A DNA stretch of 37,275 nucleotides, taken from assembly GCF_006345805.1 (NCBI RefSeq), contig NW_021835926.1:1-37275 (forward strand), written 5' to 3'. How positions within the stretch are numbered: position 1 is the first letter of the stretch; each line of letters begins with the position of its first letter. Below the pieces are notes generated by a model. That model did no database searches and was not told where the DNA came from. It saw only the letters and a list, made by a program, of their open reading frames with translations. Positions 13,016 through 24,171 of the stretch are shown in pieces. The position numbers and the translations under genes were made by a program. This stretch comes from Octopus sinensis (taxonomy: Eukaryota).

Positions 13016-13019
<4 letters not shown>
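12532..13019. mobile_element. Inverted-repeat element, probably a Penelope-like relic
   Basis: Arms 12532-12632 and 12932-13019 are near-perfect reverse complements except 13 nt present only in the left arm, which carries a hammerhead-like remnant. Confidence 0.6.
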
Positions 13020-13052
<33 letters not shown>

Positions 13053-13053
<1 letters not shown>

Positions 13054-13394
13054 GGAAGATCCTGGAAGGAATTGTGCCAAATTTTGGCATTAAAAGCTAC
13101 ACCAATGCCAGACGGGACGACACTGCATAGTGCTAAAGATCCCAGTAATGCCATCACGCTTCAGGACCAGTTGCTGCAACAGCCTGGGTTTCAAGGGCCC
13201 ACAGCTTTTTAATATTCTCCCAAAGAGTCCCAGATGAACCTACCTCACGGCAAGAAGTGCAAATGAGGGTAGCTATATCATCAACTCCATTCTTTACCAA
13301 GTGCCACATATTAGAGGAGGCTCTTAGTAATAACAGTGTAGCACAAAACGGCGGTGCATCAGCATGGCCGCAGCTCTGAGCTGAAACTAGAATA
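13053..13394 (+). mobile_element. CR1/L2-group LINE 3' end (clade not assignable by eye)
   Basis: Decayed C-terminus WKILEGIVPNFGI...RHC...GFKGPQLFNILPK...VPDEP, then a 3' UTR ending in stem-loop CAGCTCTGAGCTG and AAACTAGAATA. Confidence 0.75.
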
Positions 13395-13519
13395 TATATA
13401 TATATATATATACACAATAATATGTTACATTATTGTATAGATAAATTTCCTCTATTTACATAATATTGAGGTCTCTTTCTTTCTTTTGTTATCTTACCGT
13501 TTTACCAATATATATATAT

Positions 13520-13716
13520 ATATCATTCGTCATGATAGATCGCTAGCTACTATACCTTTTACTCTCCCTGTTTATTTCTGTGTTCCTTTTTGTTGAAGAG
13601 CGTAGGCTCGAAACGTAAAAGACTTTCTCACTTCTCGAGCGTTAAACTAATACATCACTTTGTTATTTACTCACCCGTCTTCGTCTTTTGTTTTTTTTTG
13701 TAAATTCTCACTATAT
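13520..13716 (+). mobile_element. Penelope-like terminal-repeat fragment with degenerate hammerhead (family H1 copy 1)
   Basis: CTTT-TTGTTGA-A-GAGC-GTAG-GCTC-GAAAC-GTA-AAAG at 13586-13621; homologous to 24990-25220 and 36366-36565; TA-repeat flanks. Confidence 0.65.
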
Positions 13717-14254
13717 ATATACTGCTAAACAGCCATCCTTCATGGTGAAGAAGGGAGATAAAGGAAAAGAAAAAGAGAAAAGAGAAAGACTGAGGCGGCA
13801 GGCGATGTAGAAGTGAAGATGATAGATATAGTCTATTCTAAAAGGTTCTATTTTATGATAGATTAGATTAACCTAGAGTAGATTAGGCTATAATGTAGTA
13901 TAAGTGCGGATATTACAAACTTCTTTGCGGTTGATTCTAGCAAAGGAATTTAATGACCAAACTTGTGATAAATTAGTTTGAAATGAGAGGATATTCTTCT
14001 CCTCTTCTATAACTGTCAAACCAAACAATTATAAGACATTTATTCCTCATCAAATTATTCCTTATGTCGTTTTATAATTAAGCAAAATAATGAAATAATC
14101 AATCGCTCTGTCTTTGTTTGTCAAATGTTTTGTTAGGTTAACCAAAACGACAGGAGAAAAGATTGAGTAGGGGTTAACGGTTGGGAGATATTTGGCCGAC
14201 ATTGCCACCTCTCTCTCTCTCTCTCTCTCTGTCAGGTGATATCAATATTATACT

Positions 14255-14659
14255 CTAAGGTTCTTAACGGGAGCTATATGCCCCTCCCAAGGAGGTCATT
14301 TGGAGCTCGAGCGGGGTGTTTTGGAGCAAAGGGGCTCCTGCTACAAAGGAGCACTCTTTAAATAGACAACGTGTTGATCTCATAAGTGCCACGTGGTGGA
14401 AATAAACGCAATTACCAAACTTTCAATTTTTTATTTCATTTTTTTTTCTGCATTTCAATTTGTACATCTGTACTCCCGACTGCGTACAAGCGCATGTGTA
14501 AAACAACGTTCTTTATTTTTTAATCATTATCTGCTGATATCGAAATAGGTAGTATATTGAAAAATAAAAGTATTTCCTACGGGGTGGGGTGGGGGTGGGG
14601 GCATTTGTGACTCCAGGGTCAAAATGGGGCCTCTGGCCAAAATGGGTTGAGAACCTTTG
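14255..14659. mobile_element. hAT-like MITE
   Basis: Imperfect TIRs CTAAGGTTCTTAAC (14255) and GTTGAGAACCTTTG (to 14659), resembling CAGGGGTTCTCAAC-type hAT ends; no intact 8-bp TSD. Confidence 0.5.
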
Positions 14660-14838
14660 CTCTATATAAAATTAGCACAATATAAATTCTAAAACTTTTA
14701 ATTCCTCTCACTTGCAGTGTCCTGCAAAAGACTTAGACGAGAATGATGGAAGGTATATAATAGTTAACTGTTATTGCAAGAAATGTCACACAAGCATATC
14801 CAAATTCACAGTCTTCGAGGAATTAGCTGTTTCTAATA

Positions 14839-15030
14839 ATCCTTTCCCCTAAAGGCACAAGGCTTGAAATTTTTTGGGAGGGGACTGGTCTATGACATCG
14901 AATCCAGTGAAACACTGGTATCGAACTCGAGAGGATGAAAGCCAAAGCCGTCATCAGAATGTAAAGACAGACGAAATGTCGCCAATCAATTCGTCCTGCA
15001 TGCTAACGATTTTGCCAGTTCGCTGCCTTA
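14839..15030 (-). mobile_element. tRNA-derived SINE family B, copy 1
   Basis: Homologous to the other family B copies (AGGATGAAAG...AAAG...GCTAACGATT..GCCAG..CGC.GCCTTA on the plus strand); diverged. Confidence 0.75.
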
Positions 15031-15042
15031 GAGCTACGTTTC

Positions 15043-15077
<35 letters not shown>

Positions 15078-15110
15078 TAATAATAATAATATAATAATAA
15101 TAATAATAAT

Positions 15111-15325
15111 GGTTTTTTGCTATAGGCAAAAGGCCTGTTATTTGGGGGAGGGAGTAAGTCGATTACATAAACCTCAGTACGTAACAGGTACTTGTTTCAT
15201 CGATCCAGAAAGGATGAAAGGCAAAGTCGGCCTCGGTGGAATTTGAACTCAGAACGTAGCGACGGACGTCATGCCGCTAAGCATTTCGCCCGCCGTGTTA
15301 ACGATTATGCTAGTTCACCGCCTTA
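15111..15325 (-). mobile_element. SINE family B, copy 2
   Basis: Minus-strand B box GAGTTCAAATTCC and central GCCTTTCATCCTTTCTGGATCGATGAA. Confidence 0.85.
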
Positions 15326-15340
15326 ACTAGAGCAACAACA

Positions 15341-15531
15341 GCAATTTTTCGAGAGGGTATAAATCGATTACATCGACCCCCAATGATCAAATGGTTCTTA
15401 TTTTATCGACCCCGAGAGGATAAACAGCAAACTCGACCACGGCGAAATTTGAACTCAAAACGTGAAGACGGACGAAATACTATTAAGCATTTTGCTCGGC
15501 GTGCTAACGATTCCGCCAGCTCATCGCCTTA
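15341..15531 (-). mobile_element. SINE family B, copy 3
   Basis: Same homology, in tandem with copies 1 and 2. Confidence 0.8.
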
Positions 15532-15566
15532 ACAACGACAACGACAACAACAACAACAATAATTTC

Positions 15567-15920
15567 CAAATTGAAATTGCAAGAATTTGGAATATGAAAA
15601 CAGTTAATGTCGTGTTTATAGTAATTGGTGCATTGGGAACTGTAAGCAAAGATAGAGGCAAATGGTTGAAGGAGATTGGAATAGAATGTCCTGTAGAGAT
15701 TCTACAGAAAGTTTGCTTCTTAGGGGACAGGAAAGATGATCAGGAGGGTTCTAAACTCTTGAAAGACTGCTGAAAGCTTGTGGATACCTAAGGTTACGGG
15801 TAATAACCCACTACCCGTATAAATTCTACCAGGAATAAAAACGAACCTGAGTCCAATTATCATCATCATCACCCCACACCACCATCGACGTCGTCGTCAT
15901 TATCATCATCATCATCAATA
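15567..15920 (+). mobile_element. R4/Dong-type LINE 3' end with (CAT)n tail
   Basis: QIEIARIWNMKTVNVVFIVIGALGTV...ILQKVCFLG (C-terminus of the restriction-like endonuclease domain); 3' UTR hairpin TACGGGTA/TACCCGTA; (CAT)n-like tail. Confidence 0.8.
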
Positions 15921-16200
15921 ACAACAATAATGTTTTGAAATTTTGGTACAAGACCAGTTTTTTTAAGGGATGGGTGTTGGTCGATACCATGGTACCTCCA
16001 TGTGTGTATGCCTGTTTTTATTCGCTCGACTAGTAAGAAAGAGCAGCTAAATCTCCCTCGAATCACACTTAATGGAAAGATACATTCATTAATGTAATTC
16101 TTGATACATCTAAACAGCGAGATGGTCACGGTTAGAATACCATTCATGAACAAGTATATTCGATCAGTATCGACCCTGTGTTAAACAACTACAATATTTT

Positions 16201-16427
16201 TTTATTGCTCACAGGGGGTTAAACACAGAGGGGACAAACAAGGCTAGGCAAAGGGTTTAAGTCGATTACATCGACCCCAGTACGTAACTGGTACTTATTT
16301 AATCGACCCCGAAAAGATGAAAGGTAAAGTCGACCTCGGTGGAATTTGAACTCAGAACGTAACGCAGATGAAATACCGCTAAGCATTTCGCCCGGCGTGC
16401 TAACGATTCTGCCAGCTCGCCGCCCTT
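16201..16427 (-). mobile_element. SINE family B, copy 4 (variant 3' tail)
   Basis: Well-preserved head and centre; the 3' end ...CCTCTGTGTTTAACCCCCTGTGAGCAATAAA differs from the other copies. Confidence 0.85.
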
Positions 16428-16844
16428 CAACAACTACAATATTGGCATAGAAAACAGGACAGGTAGGTGATAACAGCACGTAGCACAGACAGTGTTTGTA
16501 AATGATTTTATTTTAGTTTGTAAAGTGATAATATTTAAGACATGACTCAACACTTCGATAAGTACGGTCTAACCATACAGGTATTATTAACGAACATGAA
16601 CCAAGAAAATATATCGAATGTATCAAAATATATAAAAATATTTTTAAAAAAACATATAAAAATATGTTGAATGTATAACTTATATAAATAAAAGTACTTT
16701 TATATACCATGAATTCTTATGAGACATCCTTTCAATATGGCAGTATTCTGTGTTCTAACATAACATCCACGTTACGGAGATCAACATTACCTTCTGGTAT
16801 TCATACTGCTTTTGTCGCTATGGATTATATATATATTATATATA

Positions 16845-17425
16845 CAGGGCGCGCGGTGGATAAATTGTCGTCTGAGTTACGCGAAAGTGAAAATAACACT
16901 TATATCTCATTTTAACAGATGTATTTACCAAAAACACATAAAGATGTCTTGAAAGAGTAAATTTATTCAATAAAATCGCCGTTGGCTTCAACCAAAGCCT
17001 CCTGACAACTTCGGAATCTCCTACAACTCTTCTGGACGGTCTCCTTGTTTAAGTTGGTGAATGCTGCCATAATCCTTGCCTGCAGTTCATCTTTGTTGTT
17101 ACAAAGAATTTTGTTTGTCTCTCGCTCAACTGCACCCCACACATAATAATTAAGGGAGTTGGAATCTGGAGAGCTAGGTGGCCAGATGTTAGAGGTGATG
17201 GGGTCGCAGAAATTGTCTGACATGGGGCAGAATCCTGTTGCCAGACATAGGGTATTCCAGCAGCCACCGTCTTCCCCCAGGGCAGCTCTACCTCCTCCAG
17301 GCACTTGATGTAGGCATCCGTGTTGAGTCTGAGACCGTGTGAGAAGATGAACGGAGGTATAACCTCGCCATCACTACTGATCATCCCAAATACCATGACG
17401 TTGACTGGGTGTTTGATTTTTATCA
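16845..17425 (-). mobile_element. Tc1/mariner 3' half, DD37D (maT)-like, with TIR
   Basis: HPVNVMVFGMISSDG...YVWQQDSAPC [deletion] SDNFC...IWPPSSPDSNSLNYYVWG...LVEANGDFIE*; terminus TA|CAGGGCGCGCGG at 16845. Catalytic spacing cannot be measured because of the deletion. Confidence 0.88.
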
Positions 17426-17476
17426 CTCTCGGTCCATGTCCTCAGATTGATACCCAAACACTCTGAAATGTTCGTA

Positions 17477-17564
17477 TAAAGTAAGTACCATTTGAGTACT
17501 GGAGTCGATGTCATCGACCTTCTTCCTATCCTACAATTTTTGACCTTGTGCCAAATATTTGAAA
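17477..17564 (+). mobile_element. SINE family B 3' fragment
   Basis: AAGTACCATTTGAGTACTGGAGTCGATGTCATCGAC...CCTTGTGCC matches the family B 3' half. Confidence 0.65.
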
Positions 17565-18378
17565 TCATCATCGTCTGTTTTTCCTTGTCTTCCTTTGTTA
17601 AATTGAATTCAATTATGATTTCTGACAATTGGCTGTTTATATTTTGTTTTCCCAATTGTCTTTCCATAGACACAGAAGCATATATTCACCTCTCTAAACA
17701 AACAGCAGACATTACTATTTGATAGCCACGATAATACTTACTAATTTGTTTTTAATATCATTAAACTAATTTATAAAACATCTTGGCAATTTATCATGAT
17801 CAGTCACTGCGCAGTCATAATAAGTGGGCAATGTTTTATTATGTGCCAAGTGAATATTACCAAAGTGTTGCTTTCATTGTTGGTGCCGTGTATATGTAGA
17901 ATAAAGTGTTCGTGTTTGTTACTGTAGATATAGCGAAGTGTAAGAAGTGAAATAATGCATTTTGTAAGTAGACACAGTATGTCGTGTGCCTCGGCAGACG
18001 TCGACATAAAAGTAACGTTTGACGTTGACAGACGATGTTTATTTACGATATTCAACCGATGTCTACTTTTCAAGACACACAGAACGTTGAACTCTACTCG
18101 TCCGTCTTTCTGTCTGTCTTTCTGTCAGGTTGTATCTTTATCGTACACACGTACATGTACACACACCACATATACACACGTTCATTATATCACACGCGCA
18201 GCCACTTACACAAGAACGTGCATACATACACACAACACGTTTTTCAAATCTATACACAAACGTGCTTAGACAAACGCATACGCAAACAGATTTACGTATA
18301 CTACCAGTTTCAACTGTTGCTTTCTCAAGGATTGGCTAAAAGTAATTAGCTACGAACACCGGTCTACACACACACACA

Positions 18379-18417
<39 letters not shown>

Positions 18418-18592
18418 CATACATGTACACATACATTGTCCAGAAATTATTTTAAAGTGCATACAGTAGTGGGGCCCTGGTTACAGAGTTCTTGGGTTTT
18501 GAGGAGTATGGAAAAATCTCTTAACCATTATTGTTACCGTGTCTACTTTGAACCGGAGTAGTAGCACCCATCAATGTTCTAGTTATGGGTTA

Positions 18593-18783
18593 ATTCTTTT
18601 CTACTCTAGGCACAAGGCCCGAAATTTTGAGGGAGGGGTCAAGTCGATTAGATCGACCTCAGTATTCAACTGGTACTTAATTTATCGACACCGACAGGAT
18701 GAAAGGCAAAGTCAACCGCGTCGAAATTTGAACTCAGAAGCATTTCGCCCGGCGTGCTAATGATTCTGCCAGCTCGCCGCCTT
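18593..18783 (-). mobile_element. SINE family B copy with internal deletion
   Basis: Family B homology; about 30 nt missing between GAACTCAGAA and GCATTTCGCCCGG. Confidence 0.85.
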
Positions 18784-18879
18784 TTGGCAGAAGGCCCTTC
18801 ACAGACACTGCAACGGAGCCAGGCTGATGAGAGCATTTAGCTCTCTTGTCTGCTCATCGAATAGAAGGTAACTCCATAT

Positions 18880-19250
18880 TAATCCTGCATCCTGATAACT
18901 TGGCACTTGCTGCACCAGACTTATAGAAGTTTGAAGGACAAGAGGGTGGGTTTGGCTCTGCACAAACTATAAAGCCACGCGAATAATAAACAACCGCTGC
19001 CTTTTGGGACAATTTATTGAACGTTTTGAAAATGTTGAAGGTGTAAACTCCTACAGAAAATACCGAAGGAGGGATCAGAATGCTGATGTGTACGGACATA
19101 ATCGATATCTGGCATCGGATGCAATTCCATGGATGCTGCGAACATATTGGCTTCTGTTTCCTTCTTTGATTATTCGTTAGGGAAAAGATGGACGATTGTA
19201 GTTGAGGACAGGCATTTGGGTCTGAAAACAACCCAGGCAGAGGTGAGGTG
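18880..19250 (+). pseudogene. Possible heavily decayed AP-endonuclease (RTE-like LINE) fragment
   Basis: Scattered motifs in different frames: VGLAL, LKV*TPTE (cf. VYAPT), FGSENN..RGE. Suggestive only. Confidence 0.3.
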
Positions 19251-19285
19251 GTTTTAAGTGACTGACTCTGCAATAGTGTCGACCG

Positions 19286-19640
19286 ATGACGGAAAAGGAC
19301 AACACACACACACACACACATACGCACATATACACACATACGCACATATACACACACACGCGCACACGCACACTCTCTCTCTCACACATACACACATACG
19401 CGCGCGCAGACACACACTCTCTCTCATACGCACATAAGCACACACACGCACATATACACACACACGCACACATGAACACACGCAAACACACACACACTTC
19501 CTCTCTCTCTCTCACACACACACAGCCACACACACGAACACACGCACACACGAATACGCGCACACATACATACACGCACACGCGCGCGTATACACGCACA
19601 CACATACACACAGACACACACACACGCACGCACATTCACA
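19286..19640. repeat. Degenerate (CA)/(CG)/(CT) microsatellite
   Basis: Direct reading. Confidence 0.9.
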
Positions 19641-19984
19641 TATGCTTACAGCTGTGCATCAAATCTGATGGCAATCCCCTTCATTTAATTCCAGTCTAAT
19701 CCAGCCTTATCCTGTTTAATCCAATTTATTTCCCTTTTTTTTTAACTCCTTAATTTTGTGTCCTTAGACAATTTTATAGAAAATAGCAGCCAGAAAAAAT
19801 TACTGAAAGACGTCTCATCTAACTGAAGAAGAACAGTTTAGGCAAATATGCTAACTAGAAAAAATTATGCGATGTGGAAAAGACAATACCAGTTTTTAGC
19901 TAATTTACTATTCCGGTCCCTACGGGGGACAATTCCAACTTTGTGCAGGTTAGGCTGCTTGGTACCATTATGTTTATCTGCCTC

Positions 19985-20500
19985 TGGTGACGAGATGGCA
20001 CAATTGTTAACACGCCGAGCAAAATGCTTAGCGGCAGTGGCGGACTGGGTCTAAAAATATTGTTTTCCAGGAGACTAAGGGGGCCCACCCGTAACTACAA
20101 TGCTATCATTTAATTATTTTTCTTTCATTAAAAGTATTCTTTTCAACTGTCTATAAACACAGCCAGGCTGAAATAATGCATTCTTCCAGGAGTGAATAAA
20201 AAAAATTCTCAAACTTGATGTGATGAGCCCCTTAGATACTAACATGGGCCCCCATATATGGATTCTAATGGTGCAGGGGCCCACTTGTCATCTGCAAAGC
20301 TGGTAACCTGGCCAGTCCGCAAATACTTAGCGGCATTTCGTCTGTCTTTACATTCTGAGTTCAAATTCCACCAAAGTCGACTTTGCCTTTCATCTTTTCG
20401 GGATCGATAAAATAAGTACCAGTTGTGTACTGGGATCAATGTAATCGACTTAACCCCCTTCCCACCTGGAAGTTGCTGGCCTTCTCCCAAAATCTGAAGC
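19985..20500 (+). mobile_element. SINE family B copy interrupted by a MITE
   Basis: Head 19985-20035; the body resumes at 20321 with B box GAGTTCAAATTCC and GCCTTTCATC. Confidence 0.8.
20036..20320. mobile_element. GGGCCC-rich MITE, possibly PIF/Harbinger-like
   Basis: Perfect 9-bp TIR GCGGACTGG (20040-20048) / CCAGTCCGC (20312-20320); several internal GGGCCC motifs. Confidence 0.55.
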
Positions 20501-20584
20501 CATTATATTTATCTGCTTGTATTAGAAGTTTTCGAATATATGTGTATACACACACACACGCGCGCGCACATATATATATATTTA

Positions 20585-20790
20585 CTGGCTTCGAATTTTG
20601 GCTTAAGGCAGCAATTTCTGGGGAGGTTGTTTAATCGATTACATTGATCCCAATCCTCAAATGATACTTACTTTATCAATCCCGAAAGGATAAATGGCAA
20701 AGTCGACCTCAGCGGAATTTGAACTCGGAATGTAAAGATGGACGAAATGCCGCTAAGCATTTCGGTCCGAAGTGTTAACGATCCTCCCAG
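20585..20790 (-). mobile_element. SINE family B copy
   Basis: Family B homology, inverted relative to both neighbours. Confidence 0.85.
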
Positions 20791-20978
20791 CACGCTGGAC
20801 GAAATACTTAGCGGTAATTCACCCGTCGCTACATTCTGAGTCCAAATGCCGCTGAGGTCGACTTTGCCTTTCATCCTTTCAAGGTCGATAAATTAAGTAC
20901 CAGTTAATTTTGGGGTCGATGTAATCGACTAGGCCCTTCCCACCAAATTTCAGGCATTGTGCTTATAGTAGAAAGGAT
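20791..20978 (+). mobile_element. SINE family B copy (5' truncated)
   Basis: GCCTTTCATCCTTTCAAGGTCGATAAATTAAGTACCAG...AGTAGAAAGGAT, followed by a triplet tract. Confidence 0.85.
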
Positions 20979-21054
20979 AATAATAATAATAATTATTATT
21001 ATTATTATCATTATTATTATTATTATTATTATTATCATTATTATTATTATTATT

Positions 21055-21572
21055 GCCTTTGCACAGCTTCTAACGCTGGAGATGTACTACATTGTCAGCT
21101 GTTCACTACCAGTGAACTAAGGTTAACACCTCTTACTTTTCGAGCACCTTCTGGAGTATTCGAGCGGTTCCATGCTGTTTTCTGCAAGTGCTCCACCCTT
21201 ATTGCAGCCCCTATTTGTTCCACGTACTTCTCGAGATTTTTGCTCACTGCTACCTTTCTTTCATCGACCACAACTGCTTAACTTCCCAAGCTAACCTGTC
21301 ATATCTCTCGACTTTTCTCTCTTCCTTATCGCATACCTTGTTTTGTCAGCTGGGCATGCTATATCTATGATACAGCATAGTTTTCTTTCTCAATTGAGAC
21401 CACGTCTGGCTTCGTATTCTCTATCTCATGGTCGCACTGAATCATAAAATCCCATAGGATCTTTGCATTTTTATTTTCGATGATGCTTTCGGGTTTGTGG
21501 TCGTATCAATCTTTTTGCTCTGTCAAGTCCATACTTGTTGCAAAGTGTCCAATGGACAAGCCTGGCTATATT
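21055..21572 (-). mobile_element. R4/Dong-type LINE 3' end with (AAT)n tail
   Basis: NIARLVHWTLCNKYGL...KILWDFMIQCDHEIENTKPDVV...IIDIACPAD...LQKTA..GTARILQKVLEK*, then a 3' UTR and (AAT)n. Confidence 0.85.
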
Positions 21573-24170
21573 CTCCGTTTCTGTTAGAGATACATTGCCA
21601 TCTGTTTGTATTAATGCATCGATTAGAAGGCATTTCTTTTCTTGCTGATCTCTAACAACTATATCCGGTCTCCTCTTCTTCTTCTTCTTCTTCTTCATTA
21701 TCATCCCCTCCCCTCCTCCTCCTCCTCCTCCTCCCCCCTTCTTCATCATCACAATCATCATCATCCCCTCCCCTCCTCCTCCTCCTCCTCACCCCCCTTC
21801 TTCATCATCACAATCATCATCATCCCCCTTCTTCTCCTCCTTCTCCTCCTCCTCCTTCTTCTCCTCCTCCTTTTTCTTCTTCTTCTTCTTCTATTACTCT
21901 GTCAGTCTGAATGTTAAAGTCCCACAATAGCTTATATTTCTTATTTTCTAGCACTTTGCTAGGTTAATGTTCATACCGTTTATCAGTATGTTCAAATCCT
22001 AGCTTATTATGTAATTGCCGGTGGATTACTCTCCCTAAGTTGTCATGTCTCGTATTAATCCTGTGCCGGCATGCTACATTCACAAACTATATGAGTAACG
22101 CTTTCCTATTTTGATTTACATAACTGACATTGGAAATCTACCTGGTTTTTGTCTATCGTGGCTTTTATCCAATTAGTCCTCAATGCTTGATTTTGTGCTG
22201 CTACTAACAAACTTTCTGTCTTCCCTTTCAGCCATCCTTTCTGCAACCATGTCTCACTATTACTATTTTTTTCCACGATCTTTGGAAATCTACTTGTCAG
22301 TCAGATAATCTTTCTTCTTTTTTCTTCTTTTTTTTCCTGGTTTTAACTTCATTTGGATTTTGGTTTCCCTGTCTCCTACTGTAACACTAGAGGCTCTTAA
22401 TAAACCTTCACTATTACCTATATAGGAGGCTTTATCTTCTCTATCTAACTCCAGGTACTCTTCTACGGATATTATATCTCTACTACTTTGCTTTCTAGGT
22501 GAGTATAATCTTGATACTTGGGCGAAGTCCTCCATTCATATTAAATTCCTTCCAAATTCTTCTGTTCAGATTTCATAATTCAGCTTTTGTCCAATCTACA
22601 AAAACTGATGAGTATCTAAATAATGATACTGCCCAAGTATTTACAGCCTTTACTAAATTCGGGTCATTTAGCTTTGACTTCATTAGCTTCCACAACCTTC
22701 TGATGCACTCCTTCACGATTTTCGCTTTCATTTCTATAGTTAGTACTCTGTCAGATTCTAATATCCCAAAATAATTTACTCGTCTTTCAGTGATCTTAAT
22801 GTCTGGCCATCTGATAATTGGATCCCTTCACTGCTTACTACCTGTTCCTTTTTTATGACTAATATCGCACGTTTATCTATGCCAAATTACTTACCTATAT
22901 CTTCTCTGAAGAGTGTTACAGTTTGTATTAAAGAACCTATCTCTTTTATATTCTTACTAAGAAGTTTCAGATGATAAATGTAGAGCAAATGGTTAATTTT
23001 TCCATTACTATCTCTAAACTGATACCCTGTCTTTGCCTTTCTTAATACATAGAATATCACAAATATTAAAGGGGATAAAGAGGCACATTGGAAAATTCCT
23101 CTTTTGATATTAACTTTCTCTTTGAGTGTGTCACCTGAGTAGATATCTACTTTCCATGTCATTATACTAAAGCTAATTAACTCTCTTATGTTGTCTGCAA
23201 TACTGGCTATACTCAAACTTTCACTTATCCAATAGTGTGAAATCATGTCATAGGATTTCTTATAATAATCTATTCAGGCTATCATTACATTCTTCTTTCT
23301 AGATTTCACTTCATATTGGAACCGCTTTGTCCCTGTATAATAGATTATACGTTCATCTAGTCTTCTTCCTGCAATCTTTCTGTTCTTCTGGCAGCAAATT
23401 CTGGCTGTTAAAATGCTCGTAGATGCTTTCTGAAAGCATTCCTGTTCACAGCTCCCACACTAATGGTAAACAAGGGATTGGTCTATAATTACTATATTGC
23501 CCTTACTTTTGTATTTCATAAGGAGTACTATACCATCTAGTCATCCAATCTGGTATTACTCCTCCATTCAGGCAACCCTGAAGTTGTTTCCTCTGTCACC
23601 CATGCAAACTACTAGGTACTCTTTAACGAGTACTCTTGAACTAAATCTGGTCCTGATCATGGGCCCTTCCAATTCAGCATTCTTCCTAACACTTTATCAT
23701 TAATACTCTAGTTTGTCTTAGATCTGGCTGCTTCTCACTCATTACTTCTTCCCTCACTTTCTTTAACCATGCTGCAACTCCATTATAATTGATTGGATTA
23801 TCCAAAATATTACCCAAGGACTTTCTAGCTTCTTCTGCATTAGGCTTCGCATCTTCAATACTTCCTTCTACACTATTTATTTGGCTATAAAATCTCATCT
23901 GGTCTGTCTCAAACAATCTATTCTGTTGATACTGATCTATTCTTTTCTGATATCTGGAAAGCTTACCTGCAATTGCTGTGATAAGCTGTTTCAACTCTTC
24001 CATGACTATTCCAAATCCCTTCTCTTTGACAAAGTATTTTGTCCCAAGAGAAGAATTAAATCTTGCGCTTGTTCAATTTCCAGACTTCTATTCTATTCAG
24101 ATCTTGTGTTAAAGCCTTCAATTTATTTTTTAATTTCTTTCTACACATTTTCTCCTTCCTATTTTTTCCT
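21573..24170 (-). pseudogene. R4/Dong-type LINE ORF remnant (N-terminus, RT, CCHC, RLE)
   Basis: EELKQLITAIAGKLSRYQKR...QNRLF; RT motifs RGIFQCASLSPLIF and INHLLYIYHLKL (cf. QGDSLSP and HLLYMDDLKL); CQLCKSK.ESVTHIVCEC zinc knuckle; LLWDFNIQTDRVIE...RRPDIVVRD...CLLID. Many stops and frameshifts. Confidence 0.92.
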
Positions 24171-24171
24171 T

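Noticed and set aside
18824-18860. CTGATGA-GAGC/GCTC hammerhead-like start
   Set aside because: Followed by TCTTG rather than GAAA; no stem III or cleavage triplet.
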